A stretch of 64,000 nucleotides of DNA. Source: Staphylococcus phage AH12. How positions within the stretch are numbered: the stretch's first letter is position 1; every line of letters starts with the position of its first letter. The position numbers and the translations under genes were made by a program. The notes under the pieces were generated by a model. It was given only the letters and a program-made list of their open reading frames with translations. It did no database searches and had not been told where the DNA came from. The stretch is from sequence record OR455461.1; one strand, given 5' to 3'. Positions 40,645 to 49,541 of the stretch are shown here, piece by piece.

Positions 40645-40816
40645 TTTATGTTAATCTATATTAATTTAATATAGATCAGACTATATCAAAAACTCTTTAT
40701 GAGTTTAATTATATTTAGTCGTTGAACAATCATTCTGATTGATGCTGATTAAGTTTATCTCTTCTCAGCAATTAATAATTTTTCTATTATTACATTACTA
40801 TAATAAAGGGCATTCA
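40645..40816 (-). mobile_element. group I intron-like element A, with 5' region ATGCCCTTTATTATAGTAATGTAATAATAGAAAAAT shared with the intron at 45210
   Basis: P, Q, R and S elements in order (rc of 40764-40775, 40741-40752, 40713-40727, 40678-40688). The upstream exon ends ...GGTATATGA. Confidence 0.5.
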
Positions 40817-41617
40817 TATACCTAAAGCACGTCCAGCTGAACCAGCAGTCATAATGTCTCCAAACATATATAGTTCTTCTGGATCAATTCCATCAGCTAA
40901 AGAACTCTTAGCAATACGTATTTTACTAGGATCAGCGAAGTTTTTATTTGCTCCACGTATTAATGCAGTTAACTTGAAGTTATTTCCAAAACTACCTCTT
41001 GATCCACTATCATAAATATCAAGGTCTGCTAAACCTTCTAATTCTTCTTTACTTAACTTAATTAATTCTTTTTCAATAGCACTAATAGCATTCAATTCTT
41101 CACCAGGAGTATTTAATGCTTTACCATATTTCTCTAGTAATTCTTCTTTCTTTTGTTTAACTTTATCAGGAGCAACCATCATTGTAGTTGTCAAACTAGA
41201 ATTAATAAATCCTGCTATAGAGAAACCAAGCCATTGAAGTTTATCAATATACATATTCATATCTTTAGTTGTAATAACATCATTAAGTAATAAACTAGAT
41301 AACTCAGATTGTAGATTTCCTACACCTGATCCTCCCATATCTTTATTCATATATCCTATAATAGGTCCTATTTTATTGTCTAATATAAATTTATTAAATA
41401 TATATCTTCCAACTGTTGTTCTTTCATCTTTACTATTATAAACTAAATCTTTTTTAAGTTTAAATCTATCGCTAGGATTAAACATTGGTTGTGTATTTTG
41501 TCTAAATGCAAATAATTCTTTAAGTTTATCAAGAGTAATATCTTCTTTTTTTATACTTAATAAAGTTGATACTTCTTTCTCAGATAAATCTTTTTTATCA
41601 TAAGTCATATTAACCAA
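40814..41617 (-). CDS. multisubunit RNAP beta-prime-like subunit, proximal C-terminal exon
   Basis: DSGSRGSFGNNFKLTALIRG (compare [21 protein letters not shown]) and TAGSAGRALG (compare STHGARKGLADT). Confidence 0.65.
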   Translation of the reverse strand: MVNMTYDKKDLSEKEVSTLLSIKKEDITLDKLKELFAFRQNTQPMFNPSDRFKLKKDLVYNSKDERTTVGRYIFNKFILDNKIGPIIGYMNKDMGGSGVGNLQSELSSLLLNDVITTKDMNMYIDKLQWLGFSIAGFINSSLTTTMMVAPDKVKQKKEELLEKYGKALNTPGEELNAISAIEKELIKLSKEELEGLADLDIYDSGSRGSFGNNFKLTALIRGANKNFADPSKIRIAKSSLADGIDPEELYMFGDIMTAGSAGRALGI

Positions 41618-41648
41618 TTTAATTTCACTTCTTTCATATATTATTTGT

Positions 41649-41661
41649 AATATTTGAATGT
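41649..41661 (-). promoter_or_regulatory. candidate late promoter AACA-N6-TAT (minus strand) for the beta-prime C gene
   Basis: Plus ATAtttgaaTGTT is the reverse complement of AACAttcaaaTAT, 33 nt upstream of the 41617 start. Confidence 0.45.
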
Positions 41662-41886
41662 TATCGTCAATTTTATATTTTTGTAATTTATAAAAATATC
41701 TCGTAAAAAATTTGAAAACGCCCGGAATATTATATTTATATAATAATATAATTATTATAATATATTAAAATATTTAAATATTTTAATATATAAAAAATAT
41801 AATATTAGAGGGGGTATATTTAGATTTTGATTATATCAAAATCTAATAAATTATTTCTTCTTAAATTACATAAGAAAGATAAAGAA

Positions 41887-41899
41887 AACAAGTACATAT
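41887..41899 (+). promoter_or_regulatory. candidate late promoter AACA-N6-TAT for the beta gene
   Basis: AACAagtacaTAT 36 nt upstream of the GTG 41934 start. Divergent from the 41649 motif across a ~300-bp AT-rich region. Confidence 0.45.
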
Positions 41900-41933
41900 A
41901 TAAATTTATTAAATGAAAGGAATTGAATAATAA

Positions 41934-44900
41934 GTGAAGTATCTTAATAGATTAAAGAATTTAAAATTCTATTCAATTTCAGGATATAAGATTAAAGCTA
42001 TAGATGAAAATATTAAGGATCAAAAGAAAAACCAATTAATAATTTATAAAGGTTTTAAAGAAAATTCATTTATAGAATTCTTAAATAGTGGTATATTATA
42101 TTATCAAAATTTCAAGAATATTTATACTCCTAGAATATATAGAACAGCAAATAGAAAATCAAGATTAATTACTAATATTTCAGATTATCAACAAGAAATT
42201 AAAAGTAAATCAATTAAATCTTATAGAGTTGAAAGAAATGAGAAATTATTTAAAGGAAGAAACTATATAGTTGATTCAAGTAAATTTATCAATCTTGAAG
42301 ATAAATCTTTAATGACTAAGAATTTTAAAACTGTATCAGATTCAATTAAAAATACTTATAATAATTTAAATAATCCAGAAGAATATGAAAATTTATTATA
42401 TGTAATTAATGTAGATGGATACAATAAATCTTCTCAAGAAGCTATTAGACCAAATACAAAAGATTTTATGTCAAGTTTATTTATGATGATTAAGAATCAG
42501 GAAGAATTACCTCATAAAGAAAATCAAAATGTAGTAGCTTTATTTATTTCTATTGAGAACGGTATAATGTTTAAATTTGATTTTAAAGATTATAATAAAT
42601 TCAATAATAGATTAAGACAAAGATTAAGAAGAGCTATTGATTTAAATACACAACAAATAGATACAGATGAAATTTCTAATGTTGAAGATGATGATAATAC
42701 AGAAGCTATAGATTCAACTATTAAAAAGAAATCATTTAGCAATGTTAAAGATATTGATCCAGTTGAATTACAAGATAAGAATGAAGATGAAGTTAATCAG
42801 GATATTGAAGATTCTAAGATGGAAAAAATATCTAAGAAAATAGATGATACATTAAGATATATTAAATCTAATGATAATATTGATATGGATATTAATGATG
42901 AATATAATATTGCAATGATAATTGAAAAAGAATTAAACAATAATAATGATCTTATTGATATTGATGAAGATACATTATACAATGATGTACTTGATAAGAA
43001 TGATTCATTTAAATCAATTAAAAGAGATATTAAAAATAAATCATATATTGGAGACACTGCATTAAAGAATTCTAAAAAGATATTATCACTAGCTAAAAAT
43101 CAAGATGAATATCTTGAAAAATTAGAAGATTTTAGTTTCTCTGAAGATAGTATTATTGATAGAGAAATTAATGAAAATGTCAATAGTATTAATGATGAAG
43201 CAATAAACAATGTATCTTCAAATGATTTTGACTTATCTTATATGAAAAAGACATTTAATAAAGACTTTGTAAATATTATGAAGAGTTTTAATGATAAGGA
43301 AGAAATACCAGTATTCATTAACAAAATGAATGTAGAAGATAATTCAGATTCTCAATCATTAAAGAATACTGTAAAAGTTCAATTTAAGAGTCCTGATGGA
43401 ATTAACCATAATGTAAAATTTGATGTACCTAAAATTATTGATGGTAAATATTTAAAATTAAATGGTGGTAAAAAGGTTCTAACTAAACAATTAATGATGT
43501 ATCCTATTGTTAAATATAGACCAGATACAGTTTGGATTACAACTAATTATAATAAATTTATCATTGAAAAATTTGGTACTAAAGAGAATTCTGAAACTGA
43601 ATGGCTTAAAAAAGTTATTGAAGATAAACAAGTACTAGAATACATTAAAGATAAAAATGATATTAATATTCAAAAAGGTAACTCATCTTTAATTAATAAA
43701 GAATATTTAACTTCTGTGTTGTATAATAATTTATCTAAAAATATATTAAGATTCTCTAAAGATGATTTGATAATTGATTTTAATCAAAGAAATCTTAAAA
43801 AAGTTATTTCAGAAAGTAAAACTTTAAGTGAAATTGATTATGATAAAGATAAATACTATCCTATCGGTTATAGTTCAAACAAATCTAAATTAATATTGTC
43901 AAATACTACAGAATCTATTATTTTTAAAGCTACTAAAAGTAATATAGAATCTATGAATATTAATATTACAGATTATATTATTGAACAACTTGAAGATAAT
44001 ATTGATTTTAGTCTAATAGATAAAAAATTCAGTAAAAATATTCAAGCTAGTAAAACAATGGCATTTTCTCGTGTTAAAATTACTAATAAATTAATTCCTA
44101 CAATAGTATTATTAGGTTTCTATAAAGGTTTAACTAGTATTCTTGATCTTTATGAAGTTGATTATAAGTTTGTTGAAGAAAATGAAAGAATAACTATTAA
44201 AGATAAGAAGAATAAAATTAAATTCCAAAATGGTTATCTTATTTATTCAACAGATAAATTAAGATATGATTTATTATTATCAGGATTAAATACTATTCCT
44301 ACTTCACAATATGACTTTGAAGAATTTAATAGTGAAACACCTTACTTAGAATACTTTAATGATAAGTTCTATAGTCGTAATGTTGGTAAAGGAATTAAAA
44401 ATGCATTAGATTTAGCAATGGATCCTATTACAGAAGATGTATTAAGAGATTTAAAATTACCTGAAACTATGGTTGAGTTATTACTCTTAGCTAATACCAT
44501 GCTAGAAGATGTAACTGCTAGAGAACACAATGACATGGGAATATATCGTGTACGTGGTCCAGAACAAGTTAATGCTTTAATGTATAAAATGATTGCAAAT
44601 GCATATAAAGAATATTCTGACTCTTACAATAATAAGAATCCTAAGAATATTTCAGTTAAACAAGACCAATTAATTAAAACTATTATGGAACAACCTACTG
44701 TAGATGAAGTATCTGATCTTAATCCATCTTTAGAGATTGATAAGATGACTTCAGTAACTTTTAAAGGTCCAGCAGGACGTAATAATGAACAATCATATGA
44801 ACCTGATATTCGTTCATATAGTGAAAGTATGCAAGGCGTATTAGGAATATCTAGTCCTGATAGTAATAAAATTGGGGTAGTTAGACAGCTTTCATATAAT

Positions 44901-45050
44901 TCATTAATTAAATCTACTAGAGGTTATACTGATGGCGGTAAAAAAGATGCTAATGATACATCTCTATACACTCCATTAGAATTACTTAACCCTTATTCTA
45001 GTAGACATGCCGATAATCAAACATGGATAGTCGGCTTAAAAACTATTTAA
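41934..45050 (+). CDS. multisubunit RNAP beta-like subunit, exon 1
   Basis: C-terminal KGPAGRNNEQSYEPDIRSYS ... SPDSNKIGVVRQLSYNS matches [25 protein letters not shown] ... TPEGPNIGLINSLS. The stop TAA is the first triplet of the P element. Confidence 0.65.
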   Translation: MKYLNRLKNLKFYSISGYKIKAIDENIKDQKKNQLIIYKGFKENSFIEFLNSGILYYQNFKNIYTPRIYRTANRKSRLITNISDYQQEIKSKSIKSYRVERNEKLFKGRNYIVDSSKFINLEDKSLMTKNFKTVSDSIKNTYNNLNNPEEYENLLYVINVDGYNKSSQEAIRPNTKDFMSSLFMMIKNQEELPHKENQNVVALFISIENGIMFKFDFKDYNKFNNRLRQRLRRAIDLNTQQIDTDEISNVEDDDNTEAIDSTIKKKSFSNVKDIDPVELQDKNEDEVNQDIEDSKMEKISKKIDDTLRYIKSNDNIDMDINDEYNIAMIIEKELNNNNDLIDIDEDTLYNDVLDKNDSFKSIKRDIKNKSYIGDTALKNSKKILSLAKNQDEYLEKLEDFSFSEDSIIDREINENVNSINDEAINNVSSNDFDLSYMKKTFNKDFVNIMKSFNDKEEIPVFINKMNVEDNSDSQSLKNTVKVQFKSPDGINHNVKFDVPKIIDGKYLKLNGGKKVLTKQLMMYPIVKYRPDTVWITTNYNKFIIEKFGTKENSETEWLKKVIEDKQVLEYIKDKNDINIQKGNSSLINKEYLTSVLYNNLSKNILRFSKDDLIIDFNQRNLKKVISESKTLSEIDYDKDKYYPIGYSSNKSKLILSNTTESIIFKATKSNIESMNINITDYIIEQLEDNIDFSLIDKKFSKNIQASKTMAFSRVKITNKLIPTIVLLGFYKGLTSILDLYEVDYKFVEENERITIKDKKNKIKFQNGYLIYSTDKLRYDLLLSGLNTIPTSQYDFEEFNSETPYLEYFNDKFYSRNVGKGIKNALDLAMDPITEDVLRDLKLPETMVELLLLANTMLEDVTAREHNDMGIYRVRGPEQVNALMYKMIANAYKEYSDSYNNKNPKNISVKQDQLIKTIMEQPTVDEVSDLNPSLEIDKMTSVTFKGPAGRNNEQSYEPDIRSYSESMQGVLGISSPDSNKIGVVRQLSYNSLIKSTRGYTDGGKKDANDTSLYTPLELLNPYSSRHADNQTWIVGLKTI

Positions 45051-45145
45051 TTGCTGAAATTACTTTAAAGTTAATCAGCATCAATCAAATTGTTCAACGA
45101 CTAAATAATAGATACTAATTATATAATTAGTAATGATATAGTCTC
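45048..45145 (+). mobile_element. group I intron-like element 1 (P 45048, Q 45071, R 45092, S 45135)
   Basis: TAATTGCTGAAA ... TTAATCAGCATC ... GTTCAACGACTAAAT ... GATATAGTCT in order. About 100 nt. Confidence 0.45.
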
Positions 45146-45209
45146 AACTATGTATAAAGTATATAGAAATAAGATAATGTCTCCACGTATTGGAATGACT
45201 GGTATATGA
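45141..45209 (+). CDS. putative micro-exon (VSTMYKVYRNKIMSPRIGMTGI)
   Basis: Open frame between elements 1 and 2. NKIMSP loosely resembles NRALMG of beta. Ends GGTATATGA, exactly as the beta-prime exon before element A does. Confidence 0.3.
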   Translation, partial: VSTMYKVYRNKIMSPRIGMTGI

Positions 45210-45410
45210 ATGCCCTTTATTATAGTAATATAATAATAGAAAAATCTTTAATTGCTGAGAAAATAATAATTAAGTTAATCAGCATCAATCAAATTGTTCA
45301 ACGACTAAATAAGATTATACCTAAACGGTATTTGATATAGTCTCAGCTTTAATTTATTTTAAAGAAGTTCATTAAGAACTAATACACAATAAACAAAGTG
45401 TATTAAGATA
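45210..45410 (+). mobile_element. group I intron-like element 2 (P 45249, Q 45272, R 45293, S 45334) with shared 5' region
   Basis: ATGCCCTTTATTATAGTAATATAATAATAGAAAAAT followed by P, Q, R and S in order. Confidence 0.45.
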
Positions 45411-45865
45411 ATCTGACTCAAGCCAAGCACGTAATTCCAACAAAAACTAATAGTAAACCATTAGTTGGATCTGGTGTTGATAAATCTTTAGCTTATCAAT
45501 TATCAGATACATTTGCTTTTAAAGCTAAACAAGATGGTAAAGTATTAAAAATTAACGAGAAAACTGGTTTAATGACAGTAGAATATATCAATGGTGAAAA
45601 AGATATTGTTGATATATCTGAAAAATTAGCCAAAAACTCTAACTCAGGTTTTTATCAATCTAATAAACTTGATCCACAATTTAATGTAGATGACACTTTT
45701 AATAAAGGTCAAATACTTGCTAAAAATAATAATTTCTTTGCTGGATCCGGTAAAGATAATGATATTCAATTTACTTCAGGTAAATTATCTAAAGTATCTG
45801 TAGCTAGCTCATATGGTATTATAAATGCCTTTCATTATAGTAATGTAATGTCAAAAAATTATTAA
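45407..45865 (+). CDS. RNAP beta-like subunit, exon 3
   Basis: NLTQAKHVIPTKTNSKPLVGSGVDKS ... KAKQDGKVLKI matches [23 protein letters not shown] ... AKRGGVVQYV. Track ORF 45572..45865 is the ATG-limited part of this open frame. Confidence 0.55.
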   Translation, partial: DNLTQAKHVIPTKTNSKPLVGSGVDKSLAYQLSDTFAFKAKQDGKVLKINEKTGLMTVEYINGEKDIVDISEKLAKNSNSGFYQSNKLDPQFNVDDTFNKGQILAKNNNFFAGSGKDNDIQFTSGKLSKVSVASSYGIINAFHYSNVMSKNY

Positions 45866-45992
45866 TTGCTGAGAAATATTAAATTAATCAGCATCTCTAC
45901 ATTTATAGAGTTCAACGACTAAATATGATTATTCATTAATACTAATGAATTTGATATAGTCTAATCTATTATAAAAATATAATAGCTAATAT
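45866..45992 (+). mobile_element. group I intron-like element 3 (~127 nt; P4/P5, P6, P7, P8 and P9 hairpins assignable)
   Basis: TAATTGCTGAG ... TTAATCAGCATC, CTCTA/TAGAG hairpin, GTTCAACGACTAAAT, ATTCATTA/TAATGAAT hairpin, GATATAGTCT, CTATTATA/TATAATAG hairpin. Confidence 0.5.
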
Positions 45993-45994
45993 AA

Positions 45995-46756
45995 ATGACT
46001 TATGAAGATAGTTCTATTATTTCTAGTAGTATGTCTGAAGCAATGTCTACTAAAGTTACTATGAAGAAAACAGTAAATATTCCATCAAACACAAATATTC
46101 AATATATAGTTAAAGAAGGTCAGAAAGTACGTACAGGTGATCCTTTAATGATATTTGAAACTTCATTTGATGAAGAAGGTATTGGTTCTTTATTAGATAA
46201 AATCGGTAGTGAATTTGAACAAGATATTCAAGATATAGCTAATCGAGCTGTTAGAAGTAAATATACAGGTAATATTAAAAAGATTAATATTTATTATAAT
46301 GATGATATTGAAAATATGACTGATAGTTTAGCTAAATTAGTTAATAATTACATTAAAAAATCAAATGATAAATATAAAGAATATAAATCTGGAGTTAAAA
46401 ATAATAAAGAAACTTTACCTGGTATTGATGTAGATATTGCAGCTGTAGAGAAAATTAATACAGAGAAAATTAAAGGAGAAAAAGTTGACGGAGTTCTTAT
46501 TGAAATCTTCACTGAATATGAAGATGATATGAGTGTTGGAGATAAAATTAGTTTCTACGGAGCTTGTAAAACTGTAGTTGCTGATGTAACTCCTCCAAAT
46601 GAATCACCTTATTCTGAATATAGATCTGATGAAGAAGTTGAAGCTGTATTCTCTCCATTAAGTATTGTCTCTCGTATGACAGTTGATATTTATATGATGT
46701 TATTCACAAATAAAGCTTTAATAGAATTAAAACGTAAAGTAAAAGATATGGTATAA
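45995..46756 (+). CDS. RNAP beta-like subunit, exon 4
   Basis: EGQKVRTGDPLM (compare GEPVERGDVLADG) and GDKISFYGACKTVVADVTPP ... SPLSIVSRMTV (compare GDKMAGRHGNKGVISKINP ... NPLGVPSRMNIGQ). Confidence 0.6.
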   Translation: MTYEDSSIISSSMSEAMSTKVTMKKTVNIPSNTNIQYIVKEGQKVRTGDPLMIFETSFDEEGIGSLLDKIGSEFEQDIQDIANRAVRSKYTGNIKKINIYYNDDIENMTDSLAKLVNNYIKKSNDKYKEYKSGVKNNKETLPGIDVDIAAVEKINTEKIKGEKVDGVLIEIFTEYEDDMSVGDKISFYGACKTVVADVTPPNESPYSEYRSDEEVEAVFSPLSIVSRMTVDIYMMLFTNKALIELKRKVKDMV

Positions 46757-46763
46757 AATTTAT

Positions 46764-46799
46764 AAGATGATTAATATCTATTTAATCATCTTTTTTTTA
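46764..46799 (+). terminator. rho-independent terminator after the beta gene
   Basis: AAGATGATTAA / TTAATCATCTT 11-bp stem followed by T8. Confidence 0.55.
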
Positions 46800-46803
46800 T
46801 TTT

Positions 46804-46816
46804 AACACTATAATAT
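46804..46816 (+). promoter_or_regulatory. candidate late promoter AACA-N6-TAT
   Basis: AACActataaTAT 32 nt upstream of ATG 46847, directly after the terminator. Confidence 0.45.
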
Positions 46817-46846
46817 TAATAAACATATAGAAAAGAGGAAAATATA

Positions 46847-48109
46847 ATGAATTTGGAATCATTGGAAGAATCATTAGATAAAGAATTTAATTTAACTAAT
46901 GAAGAATTAGAACGTAAGGTAGATACTGATAAAGAAGAGCCTATTTGTGAGGATTGTGGTTCTAAAAATTTATCTCTTAACGAATCAAATCAATTAGTAT
47001 GTGAAGATTGTGGTTCTGAGAACAGTAAAGTAGTCAAAGAAGAATTATTAACTGAAGGAATTAGTGAATTCTTTGCTAAACATGATGTTAAGAAAATAAC
47101 TAAAAAAGCAATTAAAAGAGGTGCTACTAAAGTTGTAGTTAAAGAAATTGCAGATTTAGATATGATTGAAAAACTTAAGAAAGATAGAAGAATCAAAAAG
47201 TTACTACCATTAATAGGTGTAGTTGGTATGGCAATAAATAAGAAAAGTCCAGCTCAGATCGTAGCAAATATCGCAATTATTGGGTTGGGTGCAGCACATA
47301 GTGAAATATCTTCTAAAACTGAAGCAGGTAAAGATAAAGGATTAACAATTACTTTCACTAATGAGGAAAAAGAACTTGTTCAGTCAATTGTTTTTACAAC
47401 CACTGGATTAGACTTTAATAAAGCTGATGTAAAGAAAACTATTAAATCTTATATTGATAAGAAAGATAAAGAATTAATTGTAGAAAATATGAATAAATTA
47501 AATGAGCTAGATGGTTTGATGGAAGATATTTATATTCAAGAAGGTAAAAAATTAGATAAAGCTAAAAAAGTGGCTAGAAAAATTTTTGTGGGATTAACTC
47601 CTGAAGAAATTAAAGAAAAATTTGCTATACGTGTAGCTAAAAAGAAATATAATATTGAAGTTAAAAAAGGCTATAAGATAAATTATTCTGACGCTAAATT
47701 GTTTACACATGCAACTACACGTAAGGATTCACATACTATAGATTACGAATTAAGTTTAGTATTTTCTTTTACTAAACCTAATGGTAAGAAAAGTTTCTTG
47801 GATAGAAGCGTTTTCATTTATAATCGTTTCTCAACAATGCAAGAAGCTGTATCATTCCAAAATAAACATGGAAAAGATTTATTAAAAATATTTAAAACAA
47901 CTAAAGCAGATAAAAAACCTAAGAAATCTAAATCAGTTAATGAAGGCATGGAAGAATTAGGTATTAATGAAGATTTTGAAGACAAATTATTTGAATATTT
48001 AGAAGGCGTTACAGAGCAAATCTTATCTGAAGAAAATAAAGAAGAACAACAAACTAATGAAGATATTACATCTTTAGAAGAATCTTTAGATAAAGAATTC
48101 AGTTTATAA
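46847..48109 (+). CDS. zinc-ribbon protein with terminal LEESLDKEF repeats
   Basis: CEDCGSKNLSLNESNQLVCEDCGS. The N- and C-termini repeat (S/T)LEESLDKEF(N/S)L. Paralogous to part of 49542..51458. Confidence 0.55.
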   Translation: MNLESLEESLDKEFNLTNEELERKVDTDKEEPICEDCGSKNLSLNESNQLVCEDCGSENSKVVKEELLTEGISEFFAKHDVKKITKKAIKRGATKVVVKEIADLDMIEKLKKDRRIKKLLPLIGVVGMAINKKSPAQIVANIAIIGLGAAHSEISSKTEAGKDKGLTITFTNEEKELVQSIVFTTTGLDFNKADVKKTIKSYIDKKDKELIVENMNKLNELDGLMEDIYIQEGKKLDKAKKVARKIFVGLTPEEIKEKFAIRVAKKKYNIEVKKGYKINYSDAKLFTHATTRKDSHTIDYELSLVFSFTKPNGKKSFLDRSVFIYNRFSTMQEAVSFQNKHGKDLLKIFKTTKADKKPKKSKSVNEGMEELGINEDFEDKLFEYLEGVTEQILSEENKEEQQTNEDITSLEESLDKEFSL

Positions 48110-48115
48110 TATTTA

Positions 48116-48145
48116 TCCCAATACCTAAATTAATAGGTATTGGGA
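48116..48145. terminator. palindromic terminator element (inverted orientation; loop aattaa)
   Basis: TCCCAATACCTA aattaa TAGGTATTGGGA. Confidence 0.6.
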
Positions 48146-48164
48146 TTTTATTAAATTTCAAGTT

Positions 48165-48177
48165 AACATTAACATAT
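48165..48177 (+). promoter_or_regulatory. candidate late promoter AACA-N6-TAT
   Basis: AACAttaacaTAT 39 nt upstream of ATG 48215. Confidence 0.45.
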
Positions 48178-48214
48178 CGTATAAATAATAATAATAAGAA
48201 AGTGAGGAAAATTA

Positions 48215-49483
48215 ATGGGTTATTTTATTAGTAATGATGATCTTCAACCGAAAGATATTGTAAATAGTTATGTATCTTCATATCTTTCAGGTACTGAAAA
48301 GTATAGTAAATTCCAAGCTGGAGCTCCTAGTTTTGTTACTTATTACAGTAAAGATCATGAGAACTCAACCTCAGATAGATCGTTAGATAATGTTGAAGAA
48401 ATTATTGGTGATAATTCACCACTTAAATATAATAAATTAAAAGATTTTCCATTATATTCTGTTACTGAAATGACACCTGGTATGGAATGGGATGAAGAAT
48501 GGGGAGTTGATAAAGATCTTGAAAGTGAAGCGGTTATATTACCAGGTACTATTGAACCTCTTCCAGATGATTTTATTGTATTTCAATATCAAACTAAAGA
48601 GAATTCAACTAGTAGAATATATCGTATAACTAATGTAGAAATTAGTTCTTTAGAAAATTCATCATATTATAAAATAAGTTACCAGAATTTTAATGTAAAT
48701 ACAGATGATATAGAGAGACAAGTTACTAACACTTATAGAACTGTATTTTCTAATATTGGTACAGATAATAAATCATTAATATTAGAAGAAGATTTCTATC
48801 AAGTTAATAATAGTATTAAATACTCCGATGAAATATCTGCATTAATTATTGATAATTTCTATAATTCTTCACTAAATACATTCATTTATTATGAAGATGA
48901 AATTAGTGCAGTAGCAAATGTAAAATATATAGATTTAAATTTATCTAGATTTATATACGATAATAATTTATTAGTAAAGTCTAGTACCTATTTATCAAAC
49001 ATAATGCCTTATAAAGATAAAAATCCTAAAAATGAAAGAATAAACCAAAAGAATTATAAATATTCTCTATATGAAAGATTGAAAGATAGAAAAGAATTAC
49101 CTAATATAATAACTTTAAATGAAACTAAAGATAATTTTTTAAAGATGTTTAGAGAAAAATATTTAGAGATTAACTTTATGAATAAAGCTCTTCATGATAC
49201 AAAAATATTAAATGATATGAATGATTTCACTGAATTATCTAATATAAGTAAAATTAATAGAATTAATGAAGATTATCAAGGTGTAAATAGTTTAACTGAT
49301 CTTGATGAACGTTATAAATTAATTGTACTATATTTACAAAAAGATAATATTGATGAAAAAATTCTTGATAAAATATTTAAGTATTACGATGATAAGTTTG
49401 AATTAGATATGGAAGATTATATATTATTACCATGTATATTATTTATTATAAAGAATAATATTGAATCTAAATTTAAAAAATAA
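48215..49483 (+). CDS. hypothetical protein
   Basis: 422-aa ORF with GTGAGGAAA RBS. Confidence 0.55.
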   Translation: MGYFISNDDLQPKDIVNSYVSSYLSGTEKYSKFQAGAPSFVTYYSKDHENSTSDRSLDNVEEIIGDNSPLKYNKLKDFPLYSVTEMTPGMEWDEEWGVDKDLESEAVILPGTIEPLPDDFIVFQYQTKENSTSRIYRITNVEISSLENSSYYKISYQNFNVNTDDIERQVTNTYRTVFSNIGTDNKSLILEEDFYQVNNSIKYSDEISALIIDNFYNSSLNTFIYYEDEISAVANVKYIDLNLSRFIYDNNLLVKSSTYLSNIMPYKDKNPKNERINQKNYKYSLYERLKDRKELPNIITLNETKDNFLKMFREKYLEINFMNKALHDTKILNDMNDFTELSNISKINRINEDYQGVNSLTDLDERYKLIVLYLQKDNIDEKILDKIFKYYDDKFELDMEDYILLPCILFIIKNNIESKFKK

Positions 49484-49541
49484 TATATTATAAATCAAAA
49501 GAATTAACTATAAAATACAGAAAATAAAGGAGAATTTTAAT

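Noticed and set aside
40604-40650. Micro-exon between the two beta-prime intron-like elements
   Set aside because: The only open frame (LKKVGKLDAHNKFY) shows no convincing match to the expected beta-prime segment (ALKTANSGYLTRRLV). It may simply be two adjacent introns or non-coding spacer.
41934-46756. Inteins in the RNAP genes
   Set aside because: No intein blocks (C/S ... HN-C/S/T splice junctions, LAGLIDADG) were found. The interruptions are non-coding with group I core elements.
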